DNA of 64,000 nucleotides from Neophaeotheca triangularis (Eukaryota), in assembly GCA_054600435.1 (NCBI GenBank), contig BAAIJX010000007.1:558001-622000 (forward strand), written 5' to 3'. The position numbers and the translations under genes were made by a program. Under the pieces are notes generated by a model. That model searched no databases. It was given only the letters and a program-made list of their open reading frames with translations, and was not told where the DNA came from. Of this stretch, positions 20,926-34,900 are shown piece after piece; the stretch's first letter is position 1, and each line of letters starts with the position of its first letter.

Positions 20926-23900
20926 ATGGCAGACATACCCCCACCTCCTCCGTCCGACGATGGGATCCCACCCCCACCCCCAGGCATGGACGACGTGCCG
21001 CCACCTCCTCCTCCCGTCGACGAAGCTACTCTTAAGCGGATACAGCTTCGTAAAGAAAAGAGCGAGAGATATGCGCGCCAGAAACGCCATGCCTTTTCCG
21101 AAAAGAGAAGAGCCGCCGGCCAGTCGACCCAGAAGGTTGACATGCCTGCTCATCACTTGCGCAAGATCATCAAGGACATTGGGGATGTTTCGCACAAGAA
21201 GCATTCCAACGACAAGCGCAGCTACTTGGGTGCGCTCAAGTACATGCCGCACGCCGTCATGAAGTTGTTGGAGAACATGCCGATGCCATGGGAGAGCGCG
21301 CGCGAGGTCAAGGTGCTCTACCACGTCAACGGTGGATTGACGCTCGTCAACGAAGTCCCGAGAGTCATTGAGCCAGTCTTCCACGCGCAATGGGCTACCA
21401 TGTGGGTGACTATGCGTCGCGAAAAGGGTGACCGCAGACACTTCAAGCGCATGCGCTTTCCCCCATTCGACGACGAGGAGCCACCGATGAATTACGCCGA
21501 GAACATTGAAGGTGTTGAGCCGCTCGAGCCAATTCAGATGGAGCTTGACCCAGACGAGGATGGACCAGTCTTCGAGTGGTTCTACGACCACCGCCCCTTG
21601 TCCGACACGGAACACGTCAATGGCCCAAGCTACAAGACCTGGAACATGAACATTGAGCAAATGTCGACTCTTCAGCGCCTCAGCAACCCCCTCTTGAGCG
21701 ACATCACCGATCCAAACTACTTCTACCTCTTTGACATGCCTGCGTTCGCGACTGCCAAGGCTCTCAATGTTGCCATGCCAGGAGGACCAAAGTTTGAGCC
21801 GCTCTACAAGGACATCGACCCCAACGATGAGGACTTTGGCGAGTTCAACGCGATTGATCGCATCATCTTCCGTCACCCGGTGCGCACAGAGTATAGGGTC
21901 GCTTTGCCGTACCTGTACAACAGTATGCCCCGTAGTGTGCAGCTCGGCCCGCACAGCCTGCCCCTGTGTGTCTACATCAAGAACGAAGATCCCAACCTTC
22001 CCGCTTTCTACTTTGACCCCGTCATCAACCCGGTCTCGAGGCGCAAGCTATCCAAATACCTTGATGGAACCCACGAAGACGATGTGTACGGACACGGCGC
22101 CAGCACTGAGCCCGATACGGACGAAGAGGGCGGTTTCAGCCTTCCGACGCTGGCTGAACCCTTTATGGACGACGAGGAGATCGCTCCGGACGAGACTGCT
22201 GCCGCAATCTCACTCTGGTGGGCCCCGTCTCCCTTCAACAGGCGCAGCGGGCAAATGGTTCGCGCGCAAGATGTACCGCTCGTCAAGCAGTGGTATCTCG
22301 AGCACATGCCGGGAAAACAGCCCACCAAGATCCGCGTATCTTACCAGAAGCTGCTCAAGACATACGTGCTGAACGAGCTCCACCACCGGCCCGACAAGAG
22401 CATGAACAAGCAGAACTTGTTCAGGAGCTTGAAGCAGACCAAATTCTTCCAACAGACCACCATCGACTGGGTTGAGGCAGGATTGCAGGTCGTCAGACAG
22501 GGCTACAACATGCTGAACTTGCTCATCCACCGCAAGAACCTCACATATCTGCATCTGGACTACAACTTCAACCTGAAGCCCGTCAAGACTTTGACCACCA
22601 AAGAGCGGAAGAAGTCGCGCTTCGGAAACGCTTTCCATCTCATGCGTGAGATTTTGCGCTTAACCAAGCTTATCGTTGACGCCCAGGTGCAGTACCGCCT
22701 CGGCAACATCGACGCCTTCCAGCTTGCCGATGGTATTCTCTACGCCTTTAACCATGTTGGTCAGCTTACGGGAATGTACCGCTACAAGTACAAACTCATG
22801 CACCAGATCCGTACCTGCAAGGACCTGAAGCACTTGATCTACCATCGTTTCAACTCTGGACCAGTTGGCAAAGGCCCCGGTTGCGGTTTCTGGGCTCCCG
22901 CCTGGAGGGTCTGGCTCTTCTTCATGCGTGGCACCATTCCGATCCTTGAGCGCTGGTTGGGCAATCTACTCAGCAGGCAGTTCGAAGGTCGTCACAGCAA
23001 GGGTGTCGCCAAGACAGTCACCAAGCAGAGAGTCGAGTCTCACTTCGATCTCGAACTCAGAGCGTCCGTCATGGCCGATATCATGGACATGATGCCCGAG
23101 GGCATCAAGCAAAGGAAGGTCAACACTGTCCTGCAGCATCTAAGTGAGGCTTGGCGCTGCTGGAAGTCCAACATTCCCTGGAAGGTGCCTGGTCTGCCCA
23201 AGCCAATCGAGGACATCATCCTGCGTTACGTCAAGAGCAAGGCCGACTGGTGGGTGAACATTGCGCACTACAACCGTGAGCGTATCAGGCGTGGTTCGAC
23301 CGTCGACAAGACTGTGGCCAAGAAGAACTTGGGCCGCCTCACTCGTTTGTGGCTCAAGGCTGAGCAAGAGAGGCAGCACAACTACCTCAAGGACGGCCCG
23401 TACGTCACCACCGAGGAGGGTGTGGCCATCTACACTACTGCCGTGCACTGGCTTGAAAGCCGCAAGTTCCAGCCGATTCCCTTCCCTAGTGTATCTTACA
23501 AGCACGACACCAAGATCCTCATTCTTGCGCTCGAGCGCCTGCGCGAGTCCTACAGTGTCAAGGGCCGCCTGAACCAGTCGCAGCGTGAGGAGCTTGCACT
23601 CATTGAGCAAGCTTACGACAACCCTGGTACCACACTTTCGCGCATCAAGCGCTTCTTGCTCACCCAACGTGCTTTCAAAGAGGTTGGCATCGATATGAAC
23701 GACAACTACAGCAGCATCAACCCGGTCTACGACATCGAGCCCATGGAGAAGATCACAGATGCCTATCTCGACCAGTACCTCTGGTACCAGGCCGACCAGC
23801 GCCGTCTGTTCCCTCCATGGATCAAGCCTTCCGACTCCGAAGTGCCTCCGCTACTCACCTACAAATGGGCCCAAGGCATCAACAACCTCAAGGACGTCTG

Positions 23901-26900
23901 GGAGACCAAGAACGACGAGTGCAACGTCTTGATCGAGACCAGGCTCGACAAGATCTATGAGAAGGTCGACTTGCTTATGCTCAACCGTCTCTTGAAGCTG
24001 ATCATGGATGCGAACTTGGCGGACTACATCACTTCCAAGAACAATGTGCAGCTCAACTACAAGGACATGAACCACAGCAACCACTACGGTTTGATTCGTG
24101 GACTGCAGTTCGCGGCTTTTGCATATCAGTACTACGGTCTGATTGTGGACTTGCTCATCCTCGGGTTGAATCGTGCTTCCGAGATGGCAGGCCCGCCGCA
24201 GAGCCCCAACGACTTCTTGCAGTTCAAGGACAGAGCTGCCGAGACCAACTCGCCCGTCCGTCTCTACACTCGCTACATCGATAAGGTGTGGATCTTCTAC
24301 CGGTACGATGAGGAAGACAGCAGAGACCTGATTCAGAGATACCTCACCGCGAACCCGGACCCCAACTTCGAGAATGTTATTGGGTACAAGAACAAGAAGT
24401 GCTGGCCAAGAGATGCGCGAATGAGGCTGATGAGGCACGACGTTCATCTCGGCCGCGCCGTCTTTTGGAACCTGAAGAACAGCCTGCCCCGCGCCATCAC
24501 CTCTGTCGAGTGGGACGACACCTTTGTCAGCGTATACAGCAAGTACAACCCCAACCTGCTGTTCAGCATGAATGGCTTCGAAGTTCGCATCTTGCCGAAG
24601 TGTCGAAACCAGAACCTCGAGTTCAAGACTGGTGACGCGAACTGGTCTTTGGTGGACAACGAAACCAAGGAGCGTACCGCGCACGCTTTCTTGCAAGTCT
24701 CCCACGATGATATCCAGAAGTTCAACAACCGCATTCGCCAGATCTTGATGAGCTCTGGCTCTACCACCTTTACCAAGATTGCCAACAAGTGGAACACTAC
24801 GCTCATAGCGCTCTTCACCTACTACCGTGAGGCAGCCCTCGTAACGGTTCCACTGCTCGACTGCATTGTCAAGAATGAGACCAAGATCCAGACCCGTGTC
24901 AAGATTGGCCTGAACTCCAAGATGCCGTCGCGTTTCCCGCCTGCCGTCTTCTACACGCCCAAGGAGCTTGGTGGTCTCGGAATGCTTTCGGGCTCCCACA
25001 TTCTCATCCCTACCAGCGACAAGCGTTGGTCTCAGCAAACCGATGTTGGCGTCACCCACTATCGCGCCGGCATGTCCCATAACGAGGAGACATTGATCCC
25101 TAACATTGTTCGATACATCAACCCGTGGGAAGCTGAGTTCACCGACAGTCTGCGCGTCTGGACCGAATACTCGCAGAAGCGCCAGGAAGCCAACCAACAG
25201 AACCGTCGCCTCACTCTCGAAGACCTAGAGGACAGCTGGGACCGCGGTCTCCCCCGCATCAACACGCTTTTCCAGAAGGATCGTTCTACCCTCAGCTTCG
25301 ACAAGGGTTTCCGGGCTCGTACGGAGTTCAAGAACTATCAGCACATGAAGTTCAACCCCTTCTGGTGGACGAGTCAGAGGCATGACGGCAAGCTGTGGAA
25401 TCTGAACGCCTACAGGACCGATGTTATCCAGGCTTTGGGTGGTGTGGAGACTATTTTGGAGCACACGCTCTTCAAGGCAACTGCTTTCCCATCCTGGGAG
25501 GGTCTCTTCTGGGAGAAGGCGTGTTTGGCCTACGACACGCGACTACTTCGCTACGATGGCTCGGAAGTCCTTGTCCAAGACGTGAAGGACGGTGATGAGC
25601 TGCTGGGCCCTGACGGCACTGCTCGTAATGTCAGAAACACTGTCCGCGGTCAGGAATGCCTCTACAAAATCACTGTGGGAGGCGGCGTAGAGCCTATCCT
25701 GTGCACACACAACCACATTTTGGCGATGCAGAAGATCAAGCAAGAGCATCAAGGAACTTTGTACGCTGGACCAAGCACTCAGTCAGAGGACGTCCAAGAT
25801 GTAGAGGTGCTGCCTACCGCTGAGAAGAAGTTCGACTATGTGGACATGACAGCCGAGCAGTTCGCTGGCCTCGATGCTGAGGAGAAGAAGTACTATCGCC
25901 TGTACACCTCTCAAGACAGCTTCATGATCATGGACATCGAGCTGCAAAAGAAGCCTGCCAAATGGGCTGGGTTCCGTGTCGATAAAGACCAGCTTTATCT
26001 ACGTCACGACCACCTTGTCCTTCACAACTCTGGCTTCGAAGAGTCCATGAAGTACAAGAAGCTCACGAACGCCCAACGCTCCGGTCTGAACCAGATCCCA
26101 AACCGTCGCTTCACCCTTTGGTGGTCGCCTACCATCAACCGCGCCAACGTGTACGTCGGCTTCCAGGTTCAACTCGATCTTACCGGAATCTTCCTTCACG
26201 GCAAAATCCCGACCCTCAAGATCTCGTTGATTCAGATCTTCCGTGCCCATTTGTGGCAGAAGATCCACGAGTCGGTCGTGATGGATCTCTGTCAAGTCTT
26301 CGACCAGGAGCTTGAGGCGCTCGGCATTGAGACCGTTCAAAAGGAAACTATCCATCCCCGCAAGTCCTACAAGATGAACTCGTCCTGTGCCGATATCCTT
26401 CTATTCGCAAGCCACAAGTGGAGCGTCAGCAAGCCGAGTCTGCTCTACGACAACAAGGATGTCATGGACTTTACGACTACGAACAAGTTCTGGATTGATG
26501 TGCAGCTACGTTACGGTGACTACGACTCTCATGACATAGAACGTTATGTTCGCGCGAAGTACCTCGACTACACCACCGATGCCCAGTCCATCTACCCATC
26601 TGCCACCGGTTTGATGATTGGTATCGACTTGGCGTACAATCTCCACTCTGCGCACGGTCAGTTCTTCCCGGGTCTGAAGCCTCTGATCCAGCAGGCCATG
26701 GCCAAGATCATGAAGGCCAACCCCGCTCTCTACGTGCTCCGTGAGCGTATCAGGAAGGGTCTCCAGCTGTATGCCAACGACAACAGCACCGAGTTCTTGA
26801 ACAGTCAAAACTACTCCGAGCTTTTCAGCAACCAGATACAGCTCTTCATCGACGACACCAATGTCTACCGTGTCACCATTCACAAGACATTCGAGGGCAA

Positions 26901-28530
26901 CTTGACTACCAAGCCAATCAACGGTGCCATCTTCATCTTCAACCCACGTACTGGTCAGCTCTTCTTGAAGATCATCCACACTTCTGTTTGGGCTGGTCAG
27001 AAACGTCTTGGTCAGCTCGCCAAGTGGAAGACTGCCGAAGAAGTCGCGGCGCTCATTCGCTCTCTGCCTGTTGAGGAGCAACCGAAGCAACTCATTGTCA
27101 CTCGTAAGGGTCTTCTCGACCCTCTCGAGGTGCACTTGCTCGACTTCCCCAACATCAGCATTCGCGCTTCAGAGCTACAGCTGCCCTTCCAAGCTGCTAT
27201 GAAGGTCGAGAAGCTCGGTGACATGATCTTGCGCGCCACCGAGCCGCAGATGGTGTTGTTCAACCTTTACGACGAGTGGCTGAAGGGTATCTCATCTTAC
27301 ACTGCCTTCTCGCGTCTGATCTTGATCCTCCGTGCTCTCCACGTCAACCAGGACAAGACCAAGCTTTTGCTGCGTCCGGACAAGAGTGTCATTACGCAAG
27401 AGCACCACATTTGGCCTTCTCTCTCCGACGAAGACTGGGTGCAGGTCGAAATCCAGCTCCGCGACTTGATTCTCAACGACTACAGCAAGAAGAACAACGT
27501 TTCTACTGCCTCTCTCACCAACTCCGAAATCAGGGACATTATCCTTGGTATGGAGATATCTGCTCCCTCTATGCAGAGACAGCAGGCGGCCGAGATTGAG
27601 AAGCAGCAGGAGCAACAGTCAATGCAGACCGCTGTCACCACCAAGACTCAGAACGTACACGGCGAGGACATGGTGGTCACCACGACAAGCAACTACGAGC
27701 AGCAGGCTTTCACCAGCAAGACCGAATGGCGCACCAGAGCTATTGCCACCAGCAACCTCCGGACCCGCGCCAACAATATCTTTGTCAAGTCGGAAGAGAT
27801 CCGCGAGGACAGCGAGTCCAATGTCTACATCTTGCCTGCCAACATCCTCAAGCGCTTCATCGGTCTCGCCGACTTGCGCGTCCAGGTCGCTGCCTACCTC
27901 TACGGTGGCTCTCCCGCGGACGAGCCCAAGGTGAAGGAGATCCAAGCCGTCGTCCTCGTCCCCCAGGTCGGCAGCACTCGCGAGGTGCAGCTCCCGCAGA
28001 ACCTCCCTGAGCACGACGTCCTCGAGGAAATGGAGCCACTGGGTGTCATCCACACGTCCGCCACGCAAGACACGGCCTACATGACAGCCCACGACGTCAC
28101 CACTCACGCCAAGCTGATGCACAAGTATGACGAATGGGACTCCAAGACAGTCACTATCAGTGTCAACTTCACTCCCGGCTCCGTCTCCGTCACAGCCTTC
28201 AATCTCACTCCGAACGGCTACCAATGGGGCGTCGACAACAGGGACCTCACTTCCGAGCAGCCCGCAGGCTTCTCCACCGCTTTCGGCGAGAAGTCGCAAC
28301 TCATCCTGTCCAAGATGACTCGCGGCCTGTTCCTGATGCCCGACGACGAGCGCTGGAACTACAGCTTCATCGGCTCCAGTTTCGGCGACCAAGACCGTGC
28401 TAAGCATCAGTACGTTGATGTTGCTGCTCCCAGCAAATTCTACGATGATGTGCATCGTCCTGTTCACTTCACCAGGGGTAAGCAGACGAGGAAGTTGCGC
28501 ACTCACGATCGTGAGGATGTTGCCGATTGA
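20926..28530 (+). CDS. PRP8: Pre-mRNA splicing factor Prp8 (single uninterrupted ORF, contains an intein)
   Basis: Conserved blocks [59 protein letters not shown] and [16 protein letters not shown]. Likely start is the Pro-rich MADIPPPPP at 20926; the frame is open from 20698. Confidence 0.97.
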   Translation: MADIPPPPPSDDGIPPPPPGMDDVPPPPPPVDEATLKRIQLRKEKSERYARQKRHAFSEKRRAAGQSTQKVDMPAHHLRKIIKDIGDVSHKKHSNDKRSYLGALKYMPHAVMKLLENMPMPWESAREVKVLYHVNGGLTLVNEVPRVIEPVFHAQWATMWVTMRREKGDRRHFKRMRFPPFDDEEPPMNYAENIEGVEPLEPIQMELDPDEDGPVFEWFYDHRPLSDTEHVNGPSYKTWNMNIEQMSTLQRLSNPLLSDITDPNYFYLFDMPAFATAKALNVAMPGGPKFEPLYKDIDPNDEDFGEFNAIDRIIFRHPVRTEYRVALPYLYNSMPRSVQLGPHSLPLCVYIKNEDPNLPAFYFDPVINPVSRRKLSKYLDGTHEDDVYGHGASTEPDTDEEGGFSLPTLAEPFMDDEEIAPDETAAAISLWWAPSPFNRRSGQMVRAQDVPLVKQWYLEHMPGKQPTKIRVSYQKLLKTYVLNELHHRPDKSMNKQNLFRSLKQTKFFQQTTIDWVEAGLQVVRQGYNMLNLLIHRKNLTYLHLDYNFNLKPVKTLTTKERKKSRFGNAFHLMREILRLTKLIVDAQVQYRLGNIDAFQLADGILYAFNHVGQLTGMYRYKYKLMHQIRTCKDLKHLIYHRFNSGPVGKGPGCGFWAPAWRVWLFFMRGTIPILERWLGNLLSRQFEGRHSKGVAKTVTKQRVESHFDLELRASVMADIMDMMPEGIKQRKVNTVLQHLSEAWRCWKSNIPWKVPGLPKPIEDIILRYVKSKADWWVNIAHYNRERIRRGSTVDKTVAKKNLGRLTRLWLKAEQERQHNYLKDGPYVTTEEGVAIYTTAVHWLESRKFQPIPFPSVSYKHDTKILILALERLRESYSVKGRLNQSQREELALIEQAYDNPGTTLSRIKRFLLTQRAFKEVGIDMNDNYSSINPVYDIEPMEKITDAYLDQYLWYQADQRRLFPPWIKPSDSEVPPLLTYKWAQGINNLKDVWETKNDECNVLIETRLDKIYEKVDLLMLNRLLKLIMDANLADYITSKNNVQLNYKDMNHSNHYGLIRGLQFAAFAYQYYGLIVDLLILGLNRASEMAGPPQSPNDFLQFKDRAAETNSPVRLYTRYIDKVWIFYRYDEEDSRDLIQRYLTANPDPNFENVIGYKNKKCWPRDARMRLMRHDVHLGRAVFWNLKNSLPRAITSVEWDDTFVSVYSKYNPNLLFSMNGFEVRILPKCRNQNLEFKTGDANWSLVDNETKERTAHAFLQVSHDDIQKFNNRIRQILMSSGSTTFTKIANKWNTTLIALFTYYREAALVTVPLLDCIVKNETKIQTRVKIGLNSKMPSRFPPAVFYTPKELGGLGMLSGSHILIPTSDKRWSQQTDVGVTHYRAGMSHNEETLIPNIVRYINPWEAEFTDSLRVWTEYSQKRQEANQQNRRLTLEDLEDSWDRGLPRINTLFQKDRSTLSFDKGFRARTEFKNYQHMKFNPFWWTSQRHDGKLWNLNAYRTDVIQALGGVETILEHTLFKATAFPSWEGLFWEKACLAYDTRLLRYDGSEVLVQDVKDGDELLGPDGTARNVRNTVRGQECLYKITVGGGVEPILCTHNHILAMQKIKQEHQGTLYAGPSTQSEDVQDVEVLPTAEKKFDYVDMTAEQFAGLDAEEKKYYRLYTSQDSFMIMDIELQKKPAKWAGFRVDKDQLYLRHDHLVLHNSGFEESMKYKKLTNAQRSGLNQIPNRRFTLWWSPTINRANVYVGFQVQLDLTGIFLHGKIPTLKISLIQIFRAHLWQKIHESVVMDLCQVFDQELEALGIETVQKETIHPRKSYKMNSSCADILLFASHKWSVSKPSLLYDNKDVMDFTTTNKFWIDVQLRYGDYDSHDIERYVRAKYLDYTTDAQSIYPSATGLMIGIDLAYNLHSAHGQFFPGLKPLIQQAMAKIMKANPALYVLRERIRKGLQLYANDNSTEFLNSQNYSELFSNQIQLFIDDTNVYRVTIHKTFEGNLTTKPINGAIFIFNPRTGQLFLKIIHTSVWAGQKRLGQLAKWKTAEEVAALIRSLPVEEQPKQLIVTRKGLLDPLEVHLLDFPNISIRASELQLPFQAAMKVEKLGDMILRATEPQMVLFNLYDEWLKGISSYTAFSRLILILRALHVNQDKTKLLLRPDKSVITQEHHIWPSLSDEDWVQVEIQLRDLILNDYSKKNNVSTASLTNSEIRDIILGMEISAPSMQRQQAAEIEKQQEQQSMQTAVTTKTQNVHGEDMVVTTTSNYEQQAFTSKTEWRTRAIATSNLRTRANNIFVKSEEIREDSESNVYILPANILKRFIGLADLRVQVAAYLYGGSPADEPKVKEIQAVVLVPQVGSTREVQLPQNLPEHDVLEEMEPLGVIHTSATQDTAYMTAHDVTTHAKLMHKYDEWDSKTVTISVNFTPGSVSVTAFNLTPNGYQWGVDNRDLTSEQPAGFSTAFGEKSQLILSKMTRGLFLMPDDERWNYSFIGSSFGDQDRAKHQYVDVAAPSKFYDDVHRPVHFTRGKQTRKLRTHDREDVAD
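25522..26028 (+). mobile_element. PRP8 mini-intein (169 aa, no homing endonuclease)
   Basis: Insertion between FWEKA and SGFEESM, the known PRP8 intein site. Starts Cys (CLAYDT), has a block B TxxH (CTHNHIL), ends VLHN followed by +1 Ser; no LAGLIDADG motifs. Confidence 0.95.
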
Positions 28531-29187
28531 GGCAGCAGTGTGGCGGCTCTCCGTTCGGCGGTTTGGCGATGCTGTCGATCGAGGCAGTTTTGCGATTCTC
28601 GTGCGACGGACTGACGATGTGTCATGTGTACATGAGGCGTTGGCGGCTACTGAATGTTTACGTGCATGGCGATGGGTGGATTAGCATGATGGGTGGAGGG
28701 TGGACATGGCGTTTTTGAAAACCGGCGAAAATTTGTACAAAACATGGGGTGGAATGGATCAGATTGTGTTGCGAAGCGACGGAACGGTGTTATCAGGTGG
28801 CGGTCTTTGCTCCATTAAGTTGTTAAGCCAAGGCCGCGTATTGAAAATGGTGTTTAGACTCTTGTGCTCGTTCCATTAATTCGTGATGTTTGAGCTGTGA
28901 CTATGTACTGTGACTACGTCTTGTACCTACGCCGCTTACACCAGAAACGTCAAAGCTGAGAGGCCGTCCCTCCATTTGTTGCTCGTCGCAAGCTCATGCT
29001 CCCATAGTGACCATAGCCCTCAGCTCGCCTGTACCTGGCAGAACCAAGAGATAAGTACGGGATGTGGGAAAACAAGCCCCCTGCAGTCTCTTCGACCTCG
29101 AGCTCCTCTTCCGTCTCAGCCACTCTAATGATGTCGTTAATGTCCTCGGCCGCTTCTTGGACCGTGGAGCCGTTCGGCGTGCTCGTA

Positions 29188-31231
29188 TCAGCCGCTCTGC
29201 TCGGCGTCCGACGCCTGGGATATGTCGCGAGCAGCCTCTTCACCTTCAGCTTCCTCACCGACAGTTTTCCCACCGGCAACCTCACTGGTAGCTTCTTCAT
29301 TATCAGCTTCTTCGGCTGTAGCCTCCTCCTCGCCAGACTCGACATCACCCACCGCAGAGTCCCCATCACTTCCACTGCCTTCGAGAGGAGTAGAAGCAGG
29401 CAGTTGCGCGGCAAGAGACTTTCGCTTCCTTGGCGTGTATCTCTTCCACATCTTGATCTTCTTCGGCACGCTCTGCTGCCATCTCCCATACCAATCGTAG
29501 TCGGGATCGGCCATCCAGACTGTAGTGGGAGGAATAGCTGGGCCACCTAGAGCGGCGCTTGCAGTTCTGGCGAGGTCGAGAGCCTGCATGATCTCTGGCA
29601 AATTGTTCGCCACCCTCGATCGACGCTCGTATCCGCAATCGATGATGTCGACAGCTATGCAGGTGTTAGTGGTTCCGCGGTTCTTACTGCCCGACATATC
29701 TCACCTGTGTAGTGGAGCTTGATCCATTCCGTGAACACCGAGTCCGCCGCTGGACGCTCTACCATGCTTAGGAGGTCGATGAGGATATGGAGTGGCGCGA
29801 CCGCGTCTTCACTGGGCTTGAGAGCGCCCTGTTTGCGAAAGCAGAGGGCTAGTTTGTTAGCGAGCTGCACAGTCTCCCTTGTGAAAGGGACTGGCTTGGA
29901 CTCGATTCTCTTCCCCAGACTGCGTGCGCGGCAGCAACGATGATAAAGCGACATATTCTCCTCTTCACCATCCGCGTTCGCCATGTTCAGGCTCGGGATC
30001 AGGTCATAAAGGCCAACCTCTAGCAGCTCCTCGACATCCGCCTCATAGCTCCCTCCTGGGGGCGAATGGACAACATGATGCGAGAGCAGCTCATGGGTGT
30101 ACCAAGGCGCTCGTAACTTCTTGACCTGGTACTCGTAGCTCCAGCCCGTCCATCCTTGGATATCAAGAATACGCATGAGATTGGGAGCCTCGTGAAACTC
30201 GACTGCTTGCCCTTTAAGCGTCCTTGCCTTCCTTGTATCTAGGAGATGAATTGAGACATGTCTTTGGCCCTTCGCGAGCCGTCCAGTCCCGTGCACGAAC
30301 GCGAAAAGCGGGCTCGAAGTCCATGACAAGGTTTGGTCGGCCTTCCGGTGCTCCCATAGTAGACGCAGCCCCAACATCTCTCTCAAATGATTGTTGCTGT
30401 TCGGGATCTCGTAGAGGGTATCGTGGCACTTGGTTGTCTCGGCTAGATGAGCTGCAGGAATATGATATTCCATGGTATCGTATCCGTTGGTACGTCCACG
30501 ACCTTCCCAAGATGAGGCACGATAGAGATGATGAGGAGCAGGCCGGAGTGCGTCTAGTGACTGTCAGTATTATGTGACCAACAGGTTGATAGATCCTGCA
30601 GACCTTTGATTTCCGCAATCTTTTCCTCGCTCAATCTTCCGGCAACTGGATCGTAGAGCCAATAGGGCTCACGGAGGGTATTGACGATGTCGACGCCCCT
30701 GGAACCGAATTCCTCGATCTTCTTGACAACATCGCTACCAGCGTACACAGTTGGAGGCACGTAGTCAGCTCCACCAGACCCTGACGCACCCGGGTATCGG
30801 CTCAAACCAGGCTTGGACAGCTTGTTGATGATGCTGTCTGGGATGCCGCTCGGACGCTCCCCCTCGTAGGACTCCAGCTCCTCCATCAAATCTGACCTCC
30901 ACGCCCTGCAGTGTACGGACAAGTCGTGGGGCTTGTATTGTGGATCCAGGGTGTCGGATTCCGACGGATTGTCTGGGACAAGCACTCTCTTCGCAAAGGC
31001 TTTTCGTACCTTTTCCCATCCTGCTTTCTCGTCTTCACCGTAAGTTTGTAGCTGGAGCTTCTCCCTTTCACGATAGGTGATGGTGTGCAAGCAATCTTTT
31101 TTGGGGGAGTTGCTGTCCTCATGCTCATGTAGCGCGTTTCTCTTGCCATTCGAATTGATGGCCTCCGCTGTGCTCGAACCCCCAACGAGGAAGCTGTCGA
31201 CACCATTGCCATCCGACTTCGGCAAAGACAT
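29188..31231 (-). CDS. Three-exon hypothetical protein with an ADP-ribosyltransferase-like R/S/E motif pattern and an acidic tail
   Basis: Introns 30554-30603 and 29655-29704 (ACTGAC/ACTAAC branch sites, TAG acceptors) join three ORFs in frame; motifs PHHLYRAS, LSWTSSPLFA, IHLLDT, THELL. Confidence 0.6.
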
Positions 31232-31961
31232 TGTAAGTGAAACAGAGCACTGAAGTAAGCAAAGGGAGAATGCTCAGCTACACCAGTTAGAAGTCTGTAG
31301 AAAGTGATCGAACGCCGGAAGACTGAAGCAGTCAAGTCTAGTGTCCTTGAACTCGAATGCCTGTAATCTAAAGTCAGAGTGGTGAGGTATGACGTGAAGC
31401 CTGACGAGTCTGTCGAGAAAGGATATCGAATGTTGGTATGTTTGAAGAAAGAGAGAGAGAGGAGTCCGGCATGCACGAGCTTTGAAGTACGCTTCGCTTG
31501 GAAGAGTGCTCGAGGTTTGCAGCTTCACTCAAGCGCCTTGAGATAAGACAGTAGCAAGGGAAGTTAGTGACGCTGTAAGAGAAAGCGGATTCAGATGTCA
31601 ATGTCGAGTAAGAAGTCGAAGTATGGTGTGAAGACCTTTAGATCTGAAGGGAGCAAGGGCACTACCTGGGAGGTAAGGAAGGTGGTGTGATATCGAAGTG
31701 ATACGTCGAGGCCTTGAAGGTACGGTTAACTCGTGGCGTCGGAGGAGGGTCGACGGAAAGGGCTGCATGGATGAAGAAGCCGAGGCCAAAGAAGAGAGAG
31801 CGGCCAGTGGAATCATCAGAGATGAGCAACACGAAAAAGGAAAGGGGTAGATCGCGACCGAATACAAAACTATCCCACCACATCCGCGCAGGGGGGGTAT
31901 CATCAATCACCAACCCACATCCAGGTTCCCGAACACCAAAACAAGCATCCCATCCGCGACA

Positions 31962-34900
31962 TCAAAACGCCCTCCCACACCCTCTCAGAAGCAAATCCAC
32001 AGCCCGATCCAGTCTCAGCCCATCCCCCATATCCGTAATTTTCAAAGCATCCCGCGCATCCCGGACAGTGAAACCCATTCCCACAATGGCCGAGACAGCC
32101 CTTTCACCCGTGTCGTCCGCCAAGCCCGCGAAATTCTGCAGCGACAAGCGGTTAAAGCCCTCGACCCGGTCTTCGCCAATGGGTGAGATCTTGCGAGGAG
32201 AGACGACCGAGGCGCTAGGGATGTGGGAGGGAGACAGCGGCGTCGTAGCGCCACTGCCGGCAGCGCTTGTGTCTTGCGCGCTGTCTCTGCGGCTGAGAAC
32301 ACTCATCGGGCGTTCCGAGTCCATGTCGATGAGCGGCAGGCGTTTGTAAGCGGAAGTCTGGCGCGCGAGGCGGATCTCGGCTGCGAGGCTCGAGACGCGC
32401 ATGCGGGCGGCTTCTTTTCTGCATTTTTCGCCGGCGCTGGGGGTTCGGGAAGCGAATGATGCGCTGCGTTCTTCGTAAAGGCGGGCGACGGGTTCTTTGA
32501 GGAAGGTGGAATAGCTGGTGCTGTCGACTGGGGCAGTCCAGGAGGTCCAGCCGTTGGACGAGGCAAGGGTGAAGCCTTTCTGTGTGTCTTCCAGAGAGTG
32601 TTCGGCCATTTCGACGATAACTGCAGGACTGAGAGTGAGGAGGTAGGCAGTCCACTCTTCTAGCGTGTGGGCTTCTTTCTCCACGTCTCCATTGGGCACG
32701 TCGTTGCCTTCGAAGACGCCCGCGTTTCTTGCCTGTTCGGTGCATTCTTGGTAGCCTGACAACAGCGCGACTAAACACGTCCAGAGCTCCGTCATATCGT
32801 ACAATTGCTCGGCCGTTAAACCTTCACCATTGCCTTTTGCAAAATGCTCGGGTGCATTTAGCAGGACCGAAGAGAAGTCAAAGTCGTAATTGGCGCCGAC
32901 AGTAGCCCCACAGCCTTGCTGATGCGCCAATAGTCCTCCCTTGAGCCAGTCGAGCTGACCGGTGATGTCTTCCTCGCGGTCTTTGCCACAGCCGAAGATT
33001 TTGCAAAAGCACCAGATCCGCCATAGAGCGTCCTCAAAACGTTGGGCGTTAGGGTGATTGGAAATCGAAAGTGCCCACGCGGTATCACGCCGGATGAAAG
33101 TCTGGCATCGATTGACCACCAGATACTTGAGCCGCTGAATTACGGCAAGATCGCGCTTGTGACAGTGCATATAGGTGAGAGGAGTGTGCTCGAGCTGTGA
33201 AGAGGCCTTGCTGCTCTCTAAATCCGTTCGCTCAGGCGGGCACCATTCACGGAACTCCCACGCAGCTGGAGAGGCGTTGTAAGAAACGAGACGAATAAGG
33301 TCCATCTCGTGCTCCCTGTAAACGCGGTACATCCCTTTGTTGATCTGCGCTGTCGCAGCAAGGTCGTCTAGCGATGTCAGCGCTGAGAGAATATTTAGCA
33401 GCACCCCTTCCGCGGCTTTTGCTGACTTGGGTCCGTTGATGTCGTCTTCGCGCTGGATCCAGGCGCGAAATCTGCAAGGAGGTTCGACAACGACTAGACC
33501 ATCGTCGAAAGCAACGGCAGATGACGGTTGAAGGACTTCGAGAGTCAATTCAGGAAGGTTCGCCGCAGAGCGCCGAGTGTTCGGAAGCTTGCTCGTACTG
33601 TTCCATTTCTTCAGCGGCGATACTGCAGGAGAAGCAGAAGCCTCGTTGTCAGAAACAGGGTGTACTATGAAATTGGCGTCTGAGCGTCGCCTTCTCGGCG
33701 TCTGGGCAACTTGTGCTAGTTGCGTCGCGACGCCAGGCTTACACCATTCCCTCTTGCGGCTCCTCTTTGGCACAGCAGGTGCAAGAGAAGGCGGCTGCAT
33801 GACACTGCGCACGCTGCTCGAACGCTGGATACCGACATCAAAAAGGGTCAAGCCAGAGCGGCAGAAGGCTTTTGAGCCATCACCAACGGCACTGTCCAGT
33901 AGCTGAGCGCTCAGCTCGTCTTCGGCTTGGCTAAGTGTCGGGCTTGGTGGTTCAGAGGGTGCGCACGGCATATATGGCGAAGTACGCTTCAAGGCCTTGT
34001 CAATTAAGTCCAACTGTTGCGCATTCTTCGAGACATTCGTTTTGGACTCTTTCATTTCGGCCGTAGCTGTTGTAAAATCCTCAGCTGCACCCCACTCCGA
34101 ACGAGTGGCGTGAGTCTGGACCGGCTTACGGCGTACGGGAAGGCATGGGGCGGCTCGACGAGGGGGAGAAACAGGGATCGGGGGCGATTCCTGGCTTGCT
34201 GCAGCGGCGAAATAGTGTGACTCGTCGAAAACTCCTGCCAGAGCAGGTGATTCGATGGGGTAGTCCTTGCTGGTCTGGCAGTCTGATGTCTCCACATGAT
34301 TTTCCACAACTGAAGAAGGCAGCGGAGATGGGACGATGGAAGTTGCAGAGCTGCGCTTGCTATAGACCGAAGCGTCATCGTTCTCGCCGGTAGAGATGGT
34401 TGAAGATGAGGCGCGAGAGATACTCGGTCGCTCCTTTTGTGTCAGCACTGGTTCGATGTCGCAGAGCGGTTCTTCGGCTCCTGGAAATACCCTCCGTCCC
34501 TGGGACATTGAGTCAATCATCGGCATTATGATTTCCCCGGAGCCTCGCGGCATCGGTACTAAGACAGTGCGATCTTCGGGGTTGCTGATTTGCAGCTGTG
34601 AATTCGGTATAACCACGGACAACGTCGGCTTCTGAGAATTTCGATCGGCCCTCTGAGATGTTTCAACATCTGCGGACCTCGCTCGCCCCTCGATACCTCG
34701 AGCTCCACCTGATAACGATTGCCTCACAGGTTCCTGCATGCCTTCGTCCCATTCAGCGATTCCATTGACCCAGACTCCGATTCTGTCCTTCAGATGCTTC
34801 TTAGTCTTGCGCTCTGGGCTGGCTTTGTTTCTTCCCAAGGACAGCGTCTGTTGCAATGGCGAAGTCCCGTGAAACATGTCGGAGAAGCGGTCATTGCTAG

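Noticed and set aside
28477..28530. GTAAGC donor-like site near the PRP8 3' end
   Set aside because: The unspliced frame ends DREDVAD, resembling normal Prp8 C-termini, so no intron is needed.
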